A stretch of 64,000 bases of DNA from IMG/VR virus record IMGVR_UViG_3300031555_010821. The stretch is one strand, 5' to 3'. The DNA comes from an uncultured virus (IMG/VR IMGVR_UViG_3300031555_010821) (Duplodnaviria; Heunggongvirae; Uroviricota; Caudoviricetes). Made by a program: the position numbers and the translations under genes. The notes beneath the pieces were generated by a model, which was not told the origin of the DNA, ran no database searches, and was given only the letters and a program-made list of their open reading frames with translations. The stretch's first letter is position 1. The number at the start of each line of letters is the position of its first letter. Of this stretch, positions 48,781 to 57,977 are shown one piece after another.

Positions 48781-50259
48781 TTACTTGTCCTCCTTTTTAT
48801 TCATCTGACGGTCGATCATGCGCTGACGAGCATCAGCGGAAGAGGAGCCGTCACTCTCGTCTTTGCGAGAGTCCTTGTTGAACATCTGGCGCTTCTGGTA
48901 ATCGGTGTCCTTCTGGGAACGGGCATTCACATCAGCGATGGCGTAGTCATACGCGGCGTTGATGTAGGCTTCGCTCTTGCCGTCCAGGTTCATGGTGGGA
49001 CGGACTGCCAGAATGATCGCCTTCTTGGCGGCGGAGATACTCATGTTCTCCAGGCCGTCCATATTCAGCTTGCGGCCCAGAAGACCGAGCTGGATGCGCT
49101 GACGAACGATGGCGTCAACAGAGTCCACATTCAGTACGGACTTGCCGACCTGAGCGGCGTTGGTGGACGGGACCACATCATCATCGTCGTCCATTTTGTC
49201 GCAGTCGTCATTGGCAACGGCAGCGCCAATCACAGGCTCATCTTCCTCGTCCTCAACGACTTCAGCCGGAGTCTCCACAGCGGGAGTCTCGACGACTTCC
49301 TCAGCGTCGACCTTCTGGAAGTCTGCCTGAGCAAGCAGCGTGTCGATGATATCGAACAGAATGCCCATATCTTCGTCCTGCTGGGCAATAACGCCCTTGG
49401 CGGTGTCGACATCCTCGGGATCGCCTTCCTCATCTCTGCGGTCACGGCGGTCCTTCACAAGCTGGACCTTCTCTTCGGGAGTGACTGCTTCTTCAGCAGC
49501 GGGCTCTTCGTCCTTAGCGACGACGGGTTCGGTGACAGGCTCTGCGGTGGGCTCGACCTCAGAGTCTGCCTTTGCGGCAATGCGCTCGGCACGACGAGCC
49601 TTGTACTCTTCGATTGCCTTGGCGAACTCCTCCGGGGTCAGAGTGCCGTCGGTGCGATGAGCCTTGGTCTGTGCCTGGGGGGTGGTGGTTTTGCTCATGA
49701 CTTTTCCTCCTTTAAGAGTGTTATCTGGGTCGCGGCTGTCAATATTCAGCCGTGCCTGCTCACCGGCTCTGGCCTCGCGGACAAGTGCCAAGTGATTGAT
49801 GCGGATGTTTCTCTGGATGGCGTCATAGTGCTGACCTTCCCATTCGCCGGGATTCTCCTCCAGATCGAGGTTGTAGCCGAGCGACAGCTCTTTTAAGCCG
49901 GCGTCCTGCATTCCGTCGGTGTCATGGATGATGATTTCAGCACGAACGTCATCATTACTGCGGTATCCCTCGGTCAGAATCGTACCGATCTGGTTCTCCT
50001 TCACATTATCCTTCGTGACAAGCCCTGCGTCATGAGTGATAATGATAGGACGTCCCTTATACGATTTCAGACTTTCGGGATCAAAAACATCCTCAGGGAG
50101 TCGCAGCTCCCGCCTGATGCTTCCATCAGGGTTCTGATATTCGAAGATACCTGTGCTGGTCAGAATCGGCCGATCCACAAGGTAGCCTTCGGGCGTGAAA
50201 TAAGTCTGGCCCAGCGGCAGGCTGTCCAGACGAATCACCTTACTGAGTTTCGGGGTCAT
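48781..50259 (-). CDS. Prohead protease/scaffold (DUF2213-like)
   Basis: TPEGYL, ELSLGY, INHLALV..ARAG; acidic scaffold tail. Confidence 0.9.
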   Translation of the reverse strand: MTPKLSKVIRLDSLPLGQTYFTPEGYLVDRPILTSTGIFEYQNPDGSIRRELRLPEDVFDPESLKSYKGRPIIITHDAGLVTKDNVKENQIGTILTEGYRSNDDVRAEIIIHDTDGMQDAGLKELSLGYNLDLEENPGEWEGQHYDAIQRNIRINHLALVREARAGEQARLNIDSRDPDNTLKGGKVMSKTTTPQAQTKAHRTDGTLTPEEFAKAIEEYKARRAERIAAKADSEVEPTAEPVTEPVVAKDEEPAAEEAVTPEEKVQLVKDRRDRRDEEGDPEDVDTAKGVIAQQDEDMGILFDIIDTLLAQADFQKVDAEEVVETPAVETPAEVVEDEEDEPVIGAAVANDDCDKMDDDDDVVPSTNAAQVGKSVLNVDSVDAIVRQRIQLGLLGRKLNMDGLENMSISAAKKAIILAVRPTMNLDGKSEAYINAAYDYAIADVNARSQKDTDYQKRQMFNKDSRKDESDGSSSADARQRMIDRQMNKKEDK

Positions 50260-50294
50260 CAGTTCCCCTCCCTTTCGAGATTTTCGAATCCGAA

Positions 50295-50600
50295 TTAGTC
50301 GGTCGGATCGCTATTATCGGCGTCTTCCGCCGTTTTCGCATGGTTCAGATCTCCCTCAGCAAAGACGCTGCCCTCACCGTCGGTGTTGGTGACTTCCTCG
50401 CCAAAAGACAGCAGCTTTGTAAGCTGAAGAGTCAGTACCTGCGCATGTTCCATTTCGTCCAGAAGCAAGCCTTCATAGACTGATGCAATGCCGGTATCGC
50501 TCTGCTCCGCTTCCTGGATCGACAACACCAGGGACTCAATCTGTTCGCAGACCTTGCCGAGCTGGCGGCTCATACCCATGATTGCAAATGAGTTCTTCAC
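50295..50600 (-). CDS. Hypothetical protein
   Basis: GTG start after AAAGGAG. Confidence 0.65.
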   Translation of the reverse strand: MKNSFAIMGMSRQLGKVCEQIESLVLSIQEAEQSDTGIASVYEGLLLDEMEHAQVLTLQLTKLLSFGEEVTNTDGEGSVFAEGDLNHAKTAEDADNSDPTD

Positions 50601-50653
50601 AGCTTTCGCTCCTTTCTTCAGAATTGGTGCAGGTGCCAATGGCTTTGCCAACG

Positions 50654-50836
50654 TCACTTGCCATATTTGTCTCGATGAAAGGTATCCTCCCATTCGTAGA
50701 ACTTATCTCTGGTCACAACATCCAGCTCGCACTTTTTCTTACATCGTTTCGTCGATGCTTTGCAAATGCAGATGGTCTTGCCCTTCTTCACATTGACGTA
50801 GACTCGAATCTTTTCATGTGTTTCCATGTCGGTCAT
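50654..50836 (-). CDS. Small Cys-rich hypothetical protein
   Basis: AAGGA RBS. Confidence 0.55.
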   Translation of the reverse strand: MTDMETHEKIRVYVNVKKGKTICICKASTKRCKKKCELDVVTRDKFYEWEDTFHRDKYGK

Positions 50837-50850
50837 TCCTTTGGTAATGT

Positions 50851-51807
50851 TTATACAGGCATAAGCGGTGAGCCTGAGCGGTCATATTGGCTTTTCATTG
50901 GTAGGTCAATTGTGTCGATGTCGAACACCGGAATTGCTACGCATCTACAAGCAAAATCCTCGCCGGGATTGCAGCGTCGGCCCGTGTAAATCCTGCCGGC
51001 GCTCTTTGTTTCATACCACATCTCAGGCGGCTCATCCCAGGAGAACACCTTCCCGTTCAAATCATGGTGGCATTCACGCACTCTCGAATCGTGCGAGTCA
51101 GACCACCGATACTTGGTGCAGCCTGCGTCCTGCTGCTGCATCTTCGAGATCTGAGCGTTCAGCGTCGAAACCTGGTCACGAGCAAGAAGCTGTGCCTTTC
51201 GGCGCGATAGCTTGTACTCTTCCTGGATTGCTCGGGCAATATCAGTGAGCGTAGAACCTCTCCGATAACCGTTCAACACGATTCGCTGCATCTCGCCAAG
51301 TGCCTCGGTCGGGATGCTTTTTATCTTCAGCACGTTTTCATCCACCCAGCGGCGTAAGGCCGCTTCGTAGAATTCGGCGCTGTAATAGTCGTTCATAAGG
51401 TCGATGCCAAGTGTTTCGCGGACCACCCTTTTCCACTCTCTGAGCGAGGTGTTCTTAGTCATCCGTGAAATCTTGTCAACAAGTTCCGCGAGGCCGTAAG
51501 CAGACATTTTCTGCTCCAGCTCTTCCGCGATCTTTTGAAAAACGCGGCGGACTTCTTCCTCCTGATCGCGGAGATCATCATATCTGGCGTCCACCCGTTG
51601 CGCTTGCTTATACGACGCAAGCAGCTCCGGCAAATAGTCTGCCAGAGTCTTGTTCAGCAGCCGCATATAGCCGTTCGTTACTCTCTTGAACTCGCGTTCC
51701 GCCGAGTCCGGGTACTGAGGGGTTCTTTTGCTTTTAATGCTGCTGTGACCGTAGAACTTGCCCTTGACAGCCTTTTTTACCATCTCCTGGTGTTGGAGTT
51801 TGTTCAA
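50851..51807 (-). CDS. MuF / SPP1 gp7-like minor head protein
   Basis: ARDQ, YRW...DSRVRECH, PGEDFACRCVAIPV. Confidence 0.92.
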   Translation of the reverse strand: MNKLQHQEMVKKAVKGKFYGHSSIKSKRTPQYPDSAEREFKRVTNGYMRLLNKTLADYLPELLASYKQAQRVDARYDDLRDQEEEVRRVFQKIAEELEQKMSAYGLAELVDKISRMTKNTSLREWKRVVRETLGIDLMNDYYSAEFYEAALRRWVDENVLKIKSIPTEALGEMQRIVLNGYRRGSTLTDIARAIQEEYKLSRRKAQLLARDQVSTLNAQISKMQQQDAGCTKYRWSDSHDSRVRECHHDLNGKVFSWDEPPEMWYETKSAGRIYTGRRCNPGEDFACRCVAIPVFDIDTIDLPMKSQYDRSGSPLMPV

Positions 51808-51855
51808 TGGTTTTCCCCCTTTCCCGGTTGTTTAGAGAGGTTTGACGGGGTCTTT

Positions 51856-51931
51856 TGGAGCTGGTGGACGGACTCGAACCGACGACCTGCTGATTACAAA
51901 TCAGCTGCTCTACCAACTGAGCTATACCAGC
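51856..51931 (-). tRNA. trnT: tRNA-Thr(UGU) with encoded CCA
   Basis: 76-nt cloverleaf; anticodon arm GCTGA-TTTGTAA-TCAGC; TTCGAGT T-loop. Confidence 0.93.
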
Positions 51932-51941
51932 GTTGTTACAT

Positions 51942-51977
51942 AAAAGAAAGCGGGGCAGCCTTTCGGCCGCTCCGCTT
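51942..51977 (-). terminator. Intrinsic terminator upstream of tRNA
   Basis: aagcggggcagcc-tttc-ggccgctccgctt plus U-tract. Confidence 0.65.
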
Positions 51978-52001
51978 CTATTATTGGGTTGTGTAGAGTT
52001 A

Positions 52002-52136
52002 CTAGTCGGCGTCAGAAGCACCGACCAGCTTGGCGACAATCTCGCCATCTACCTCGATATGAACGGTCTGAGTCTGGCAGATGTTGATGTAGTCGTCGAG
52101 ATTCACTTCAAACTGTTCAAGAGTTACTTTAAGCAT
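52002..52136 (-). CDS. 44-aa Phd/YefM-like protein
   Basis: Read manually; GGAGG RBS; MLKVTLEQFEVNLDDYINICQTQTVHIEVDGEIVAKLV. Confidence 0.55.
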   Translation of the reverse strand: MLKVTLEQFEVNLDDYINICQTQTVHIEVDGEIVAKLVGASDAD

Positions 52137-52172
52137 CGGCTGCTTCCTCCTCGAAAATGCGTCCATGTCGTC

Positions 52173-52388
52173 TTAGTCATCAGGAAAATCAGGCCGCCAT
52201 CCAGCAGCATACTTTTCTTTGTACTGATTCAAACTGAGTTCATTCGCACAACACTCTTCGTCGGGATTATCCAACTGGTATGCGTCGTCCTGCCATCCGC
52301 ACTCATCGCAGATGTCGTAGGAATCTCTATGCTCAAACTCATATTTCCCGCAGACGGGACACAGATGCGGTCCGCGATTTCCCATCAC
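52173..52388 (-). CDS. CPCC-family Cys-rich protein (putative immunity)
   Basis: CPVCG...YDICDECGWQDD...ANELSLNQ. Confidence 0.85.
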   Translation of the reverse strand: MMGNRGPHLCPVCGKYEFEHRDSYDICDECGWQDDAYQLDNPDEECCANELSLNQYKEKYAAGWRPDFPDD

Positions 52389-52399
52389 TTGTCATCCTT

Positions 52400-55300
52400 T
52401 CAACTACCTGTTTTGGATTCAGTGGCCTTTTTATTTTGGAAAACTCTGTTCGCTGCTGCAATATCGACGGCGCCTTTCTTCCTATTGTATCTCAGATGGA
52501 AACAGGTTTTTATAGCTCCGCCGGGGACTCCAACTGCAAGCTCGCCGGTTTTGGTGTTGAAGCGGTAAATCTCGCCGTCTTTGGAAAGAAATCCATCGAT
52601 GTCACCACCGCACGGTTGCTTGAGGAAATCAATTGCGTGTTGAACATACTGTTCTTCATTAAGGCCGGAATACTCATGGCCGTGGGAACGGAAATGTTTC
52701 TTCCGCTTCTTCTTATCCGCGAAGTCAAGGCAAGGCGTGTTTTCGCCGTTTGCGGAAGGTTTCGGCGTGGAGCCACCTATCTTTCCGGGACGACCTCCAT
52801 GGTTGTGGTTGCCGGAATTGCTGTTCCCTTCGTCTGAGTTTTCCTCTATCGTTATCGTAGCTGTTCTTGCGGATTTGTCAATAGATTTTTCGGAAATATT
52901 CGGATTTGTTGAGCCGTCGGTATTTCCTTTTTGACGAATGGTAATCATAGGGTACTCATTGCCATTCGGAGCTGTATAAGTTCCTTTCCCAACTACTTCG
53001 AATTTTCCTCCGACGAAGCTCTCCTCCTGTGACGTGGCATAGGCGCCTGCATAGGGAGAAACATCGAACTGTTTCGTAGCTCCGACAGTCTTGAACACAA
53101 CAGGATCTTCCATATATGCGTACTCATCGGAGTTTTCATCCAGCATCGAGTTTGTTACTTTCGAGTTCCTTGTAAAGCTCCGAAGCTCGCCATTGAACTG
53201 CAATTCTTGCCCGACTTCAGCAGAGGAAGCCGTGAATCTGCTTTCTTCAATCCGATACAGAGGCTGATCGGTTTCGGACATATTGTTCTTTATGAACTCG
53301 ATATCGTCTTTCTCTAAAATGTCTCCAACAGAGTATCCGCCTCCGACAAAAGATTCCATTCTTGAAGCAAAGCCCTCAGGTTCAATTCGCTCACCTGAGC
53401 CCTTAACATCAAGGGAGCTTTCTTTTGTGTCTTTGTCAGATATAACATGAGCGAGCTCTTCTTCGGACAGGGACCTTCCGCTATTCGGCGAAGTCCAATT
53501 TCCGTCGTCGCCAAGTTCAAAGGTGTCGTTGTAGGTTTCATCCATATCGCGGTCGTAGACCGATACGGTTACTTTCGAACCTTTTCCGCACTTCTTTAGT
53601 TCGGAAGTGACTTCACCGCTTGTCTTGCTTCCAAGATTGTTTTCTCCGCCATTGGGAGCAGAGCCTCCCACCTGGCCGGGTACGCCCTCGTGGTTATGGT
53701 TGCCGCTATCGGGCCCCCCGTCCTCTTCAAAAGGGCAGACGCAATCCTCCAGCACTTTGAGGCCATCCGCAAACGGTTGAAAAAGCGATGCCGCGAGGTC
53801 ATGGATTTCTTCCAGAGTGCGGAACGTAGGATTGGTCATCTCCAGATCTACACAATCCGGTTCGCCCTCATAATCGGTGCAAAGGAACAGATACGGAGTC
53901 AGGCCAGTGTCGGGCTCAACAGGGCCAGTCCCGATCGGGATGAGTGCTTTCGGGCTGATGCCGAATTCCTCTTCCGTTTCGCGGAACGCTGCCTGTTCAG
54001 GGCTTTCGCCCTTCTCGCCATGACCGCCAGGACCACAAATCAGACCGTAGCCGAAGTCATTGTGGCGAGTTCCTGTCAGGATCTTGCCCTCTGAAACCAC
54101 GAGGACGCCCACAGAAAAGGGTTTCCCTTCCCCTTGGGTTGAGTTATACCCTTCTGCGTTATCTTGGTTTTCCGCCCTTTTAGCGGATTTTTGCGCCGCT
54201 TCTTCGGCCTGTTCGACCTCTTCTGCGCTCATATCCTGAGGCAGTTTCGTAGCCGCCGGAGCATTGGCAGGAGCGCTGCCTTCTGTACCGGGATCTGTGG
54301 CATGGGCGTTAATGTCAACACCCTGAGCGTACTGAGCGAAATCACCAGACTCGAAGATGCTAACCGGGTTGGTGCCCGATGCCTCCATGCCGGTGTATGC
54401 GGCCATCAGATCGTCCTCATCTTCATATTCGTCCAACAAGGTTTCGATGTCGAACTCGCTGCTGTCAGCCAATTTGCGGCGGACCTCAGACGGGTCAACT
54501 GCTTCCATGCCGACGTAAATCTGAGCAGTCTGGGCTCTTACCTGGGCAGTTGCCGCTTTCTGCTGGTCAAGAGTGGCCTTTTCGGTATCACTCATAGACC
54601 ACAGCGGATTGAATTCGATCTTGATTTTTGGCACTTCATCCACTTCACCGGATGCAATGCCCGCTTGAAAGACGATGGAGAGCAAATACCGCAGGTTGCT
54701 CTTAATCATTCTTTTCTGGATGCGCTCGACGAAGTTGTACCAGTTTTCCAGATCGCTCTCGCCAGTTGAATTCATGCCGGCCGGAGAACGACCGAACAGA
54801 ATGGTCTGGGGAATGTTGGTCAACGCCGACAGATAGTTGCAAGCAGAGTCGATGACGTCAGCAACGCCAGAGAACTGGAAGGAACGGAAGTCATAATCTT
54901 CGCCTTCGCTGTCAATGGTGATGCTGTTCATCATGCCGCGAGCCATGTCGATTGTCTGAAGTCTGCGGAGCACTTTGCTCTCGCCTTCTTCAGTAGCCAA
55001 CTCAGCAGCCAGGTCTTTCATCTTATAGACCGGCTGAACAGATCTGTCGAGCATTCTAGGTGCGCTGCGATGTGAAATCTCAGCGTCCTGGATGGCCTTG
55101 TGGATGCGGATGTATTCAGGCATACCCCAGAACTGGTAGATGGAGTTCGTAGAATTCTCGGGCAAAATGCCGTTCTGGAAAACTAGGCAACGGCTCTCAT
55201 GTACCGTAAAATTTCCGTATCTGCTATATACGGAGTAGAATTCAGGCATACCGAGACGACTGCCGCGAGTGCGGAACGGATCTCTCGGGTCATAGTGGAA

Positions 55301-55819
55301 CATGCTCTCATAATCAGGCTGGATAACTGAGCGATCATAAACACGAATGTCGTCAATGGACTTGATGTGCTTCCAATCCAGAGGCTCCTCCAGACCGTGG
55401 CCGTCATTGATGAGCATGACAGCAATAGAGCCGCCAAACAGACGCGCCCACTTGATGGCAGTCATGGCAGTTTCTTCCCAATCAAGCTCGTCAAGAGCTT
55501 CCTGGTAAAACGATTCGACTTCCTCATCCGATACATCACTCAGCGTGAAGCCGTGTTTCAACGCCTCTTCCGCAGGGGCGTCGATGATTTTGGCGAACAG
55601 GCCATTGCCCTCATAGAACATTGTCAGGGACTCATCTGGAACGGTAACTTCGGGCACAAAAATGTACCGCTCGTGGCTGTCCTTTTCAGTGCCGTATCGG
55701 TTCAGGAGGTTCATATAGCCGTCAGCACGGTATGGTCTGACCGCCTTGCCGGCCTGCTTTTCCAGAAGTCTGGCGTAGGCCATCATGCGGTCTACCTGCT
55801 GCTTTTTCTTATCGCCCAT
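52400..55819 (-). CDS. DUF1073-type portal fused to Nudix, ART-like and RNase-toxin-like domains
   Basis: Follows terL; WARLFGG, IPQTILFGRSPAGMNSTGESD, FNPLW; perfect Nudix box; YR/SFT/QEE; KHFRSHG. Confidence 0.9.
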   Translation of the reverse strand: MGDKKKQQVDRMMAYARLLEKQAGKAVRPYRADGYMNLLNRYGTEKDSHERYIFVPEVTVPDESLTMFYEGNGLFAKIIDAPAEEALKHGFTLSDVSDEEVESFYQEALDELDWEETAMTAIKWARLFGGSIAVMLINDGHGLEEPLDWKHIKSIDDIRVYDRSVIQPDYESMFHYDPRDPFRTRGSRLGMPEFYSVYSRYGNFTVHESRCLVFQNGILPENSTNSIYQFWGMPEYIRIHKAIQDAEISHRSAPRMLDRSVQPVYKMKDLAAELATEEGESKVLRRLQTIDMARGMMNSITIDSEGEDYDFRSFQFSGVADVIDSACNYLSALTNIPQTILFGRSPAGMNSTGESDLENWYNFVERIQKRMIKSNLRYLLSIVFQAGIASGEVDEVPKIKIEFNPLWSMSDTEKATLDQQKAATAQVRAQTAQIYVGMEAVDPSEVRRKLADSSEFDIETLLDEYEDEDDLMAAYTGMEASGTNPVSIFESGDFAQYAQGVDINAHATDPGTEGSAPANAPAATKLPQDMSAEEVEQAEEAAQKSAKRAENQDNAEGYNSTQGEGKPFSVGVLVVSEGKILTGTRHNDFGYGLICGPGGHGEKGESPEQAAFRETEEEFGISPKALIPIGTGPVEPDTGLTPYLFLCTDYEGEPDCVDLEMTNPTFRTLEEIHDLAASLFQPFADGLKVLEDCVCPFEEDGGPDSGNHNHEGVPGQVGGSAPNGGENNLGSKTSGEVTSELKKCGKGSKVTVSVYDRDMDETYNDTFELGDDGNWTSPNSGRSLSEEELAHVISDKDTKESSLDVKGSGERIEPEGFASRMESFVGGGYSVGDILEKDDIEFIKNNMSETDQPLYRIEESRFTASSAEVGQELQFNGELRSFTRNSKVTNSMLDENSDEYAYMEDPVVFKTVGATKQFDVSPYAGAYATSQEESFVGGKFEVVGKGTYTAPNGNEYPMITIRQKGNTDGSTNPNISEKSIDKSARTATITIEENSDEGNSNSGNHNHGGRPGKIGGSTPKPSANGENTPCLDFADKKKRKKHFRSHGHEYSGLNEEQYVQHAIDFLKQPCGGDIDGFLSKDGEIYRFNTKTGELAVGVPGGAIKTCFHLRYNRKKGAVDIAAANRVFQNKKATESKTGS

Positions 55820-55844
55820 TTGCTCTCACCTCTTCTTGCTGTTG

Positions 55845-57248
55845 TCAGATCAGATTGCTGACGTTGAATACATTCTTGGTCTCGATCTCCGCAAAGCCGT
55901 TTGCAGAGGCGTCGACCATATCTTTGAACTTACTGTCAGGGAAGTTCTCAAGCTGATACAGATACTCTTCGTTCCAAGGGCCGTACAGGATGTCAAAGTT
56001 ACCTGCCTGCCACTGTGCAGCCATAGGCTCAGCTCGGGCCTCCTTGCTGCCGGTTTCTGCGACCGCTACCACATCGAAGCCTGCAAGGAACTTGATGTAG
56101 GATTCCGCTTGCTCCTTACCGGCTTGGCCGGGGTCCTTCGGGAGGCGGATGCGGACACGCTTATATGCTGCGCGGTCTGTCTGTGCCGTCAGCTTAATCA
56201 GCTTTCGCACATCAGACGCGGACAATTGTTTGTTGATAACATCTGCGATAAGGTATCGGCCATTCTTGCGTTTGCCGATCAGGACGCCTGCCGTATAAGC
56301 AGGATCGCCGTCCATTGTCTTTTCGGTCGCCGCCAAGTCCCAACACCGTACCCATTGGATGATGTCCTGTGGCACTTTCTCCAGAACCTCGCCGAGCTGA
56401 GTCCGCTTGAAAAACAGACCGGCTGCAGCCTTGATTTTCCAGTTGCCATGCAGCAGACGCTCACGCTCGATCAGAGGCAGTGCGTTCAGGTTTGCCAGAT
56501 AGCCTGGGTTAATCTTCAATAGGGCCTGATTGTCATAAATCGTGGACATGATGAAGGTCACAGACTTAGGCTCGCCGCGCTCTTCGGGAGTTACCAGATT
56601 GAATCGCTCCCAAAGTTCTTCCTGGGTATCTGCCCAATGGACGATTTCTTCACGGCGGACAAAGTAACGGATCTTTCCGCTTCGCTCAGGAATCGGATAG
56701 CCTGTGTCCTGGTCGATCCACCACTCAATGAACTTAGCTACCCAGCTATCCGCATCAGGGTTGCACGTTGCGCGAATGAATGGCGTTACGCCGCAAGTGG
56801 AACGGTTTCGGGAGAGCATATAGAAGAAAGACTTCTCTGAAAAATGCGTCAGCTCATCGAAGCCGATCTCACAAATCTGTGAGCCCTGCCACTTTGCCAG
56901 GTCGATATCACGTTCAATATGAGCAAAGGATACTTTCGACAGAATTCTTCCTTCAGAATTCTTGAACACCCACATATTGCGGGACATCTTTGGCTGAGCG
57001 CCTCTGATTCCTTGATACAGGTTGGAAGCCTCATCCCAAAGGCCACCCTGTGCAAAGATCTGGTTGAAGTTCTTTCGGAATATGGTACAGCCGAAGCCTG
57101 GTACATTCTTATATCGAAGCGGTGACAGTAGGAGTCCATACGACTTTCCACCGCCAGCGGCGCCTCCGTAGATACAGATGTCTGCCTCTGTGGCCAGGAA
57201 GTCAGTTTGCGGACCTTCCTGCGGCTTTAGAATCCGTGGCATATGCAT
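55845..57248 (-). CDS. terL: Terminase large subunit
   Basis: YGGAAGGGKS, FDELTHF, ATCNP, WDLAAT, KDMVDA. Confidence 0.95.
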   Translation of the reverse strand: MHMPRILKPQEGPQTDFLATEADICIYGGAAGGGKSYGLLLSPLRYKNVPGFGCTIFRKNFNQIFAQGGLWDEASNLYQGIRGAQPKMSRNMWVFKNSEGRILSKVSFAHIERDIDLAKWQGSQICEIGFDELTHFSEKSFFYMLSRNRSTCGVTPFIRATCNPDADSWVAKFIEWWIDQDTGYPIPERSGKIRYFVRREEIVHWADTQEELWERFNLVTPEERGEPKSVTFIMSTIYDNQALLKINPGYLANLNALPLIERERLLHGNWKIKAAAGLFFKRTQLGEVLEKVPQDIIQWVRCWDLAATEKTMDGDPAYTAGVLIGKRKNGRYLIADVINKQLSASDVRKLIKLTAQTDRAAYKRVRIRLPKDPGQAGKEQAESYIKFLAGFDVVAVAETGSKEARAEPMAAQWQAGNFDILYGPWNEEYLYQLENFPDSKFKDMVDASANGFAEIETKNVFNVSNLI

Positions 57249-57315
57249 CCCCTTCCTGTGTTACAAAGAGCAAGCCTCCACGGTAGTTTGATTGGTAAAC
57301 GTGTCTGGGGGCAGG

Positions 57316-57906
57316 TTAATCTTCATCGTCCAGATCCTCGTCATCTTCTCCGGCTTCCTCTGCCACCATCGGCAAGTTGAGGTTTTTGTCGCGGCCATTG
57401 TCAGGCAAGTAAATGAAGACGTCTTCGACCTCTTCTCCCTCATCACCGTCGATCACAGTGGTGGAATACCGGCCAAGAGTGCCTGCATCCATTGCCTGAA
57501 GTCTGGCTTCGCTTTCCATGTTCTTGCGCATATCTGCGTTCAAGCTCTCGCGCTCCTTGCGCTCTTCCTCAGAGTCATAGCCGGCAATCTTGAGTAGCTT
57601 CTCAGCAGCCTGCAAATTTCCACCGGCTGCCATAACCAAAAGACGTGCTACGAGAACATCGATGTTTCGAGCGCCCTCTACCAAATCGTCCTCATTGACG
57701 ACCTTCAAAAGGTTGTCTCTCATCTGCCCTCTGGCAGTCATCGCAAGCAGTTGCTGAGCGGCTCTTCTGGCTGCACTTTTTGCCCTCCTGGCCTCACCAG
57801 ATTTGATGCCTCCGATACGGCCTTTTTCCGCCGCTTCCTCACCGCTTTGAAACCGGGTTTCTTTGCCCAGTTCGACGATGTCATTTTTCTTGTTTTCGTT
57901 CTCCAT
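57316..57906 (-). CDS. Probable terminase small subunit
   Basis: GRIGGIKSGEARRAK; C-terminal IYLPDNGR; precedes terL. Confidence 0.75.
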   Translation of the reverse strand: MENENKKNDIVELGKETRFQSGEEAAEKGRIGGIKSGEARRAKSAARRAAQQLLAMTARGQMRDNLLKVVNEDDLVEGARNIDVLVARLLVMAAGGNLQAAEKLLKIAGYDSEEERKERESLNADMRKNMESEARLQAMDAGTLGRYSTTVIDGDEGEEVEDVFIYLPDNGRDKNLNLPMVAEEAGEDDEDLDDED

Positions 57907-57977
57907 TTCGTCACCTTCATGGCATGAAAACAGCCCCTACGCACAAGGTCGTAGAGGCCATTTTACGGGCTTATTTT

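Noticed and set aside
51856..51931. tRNA as integration site
   Set aside because: No integrase or duplicated 3' end seen; head-gene synteny continues on both sides
51734..52048. 104-aa ORF from the track
   Set aside because: Runs through the tRNA and terminator
54400..55819. Anti-CBASS Acb1 call for the DUF1073 region
   Set aside because: No 2H-phosphoesterase domain with paired HxT motifs recognised; position and motifs indicate portal
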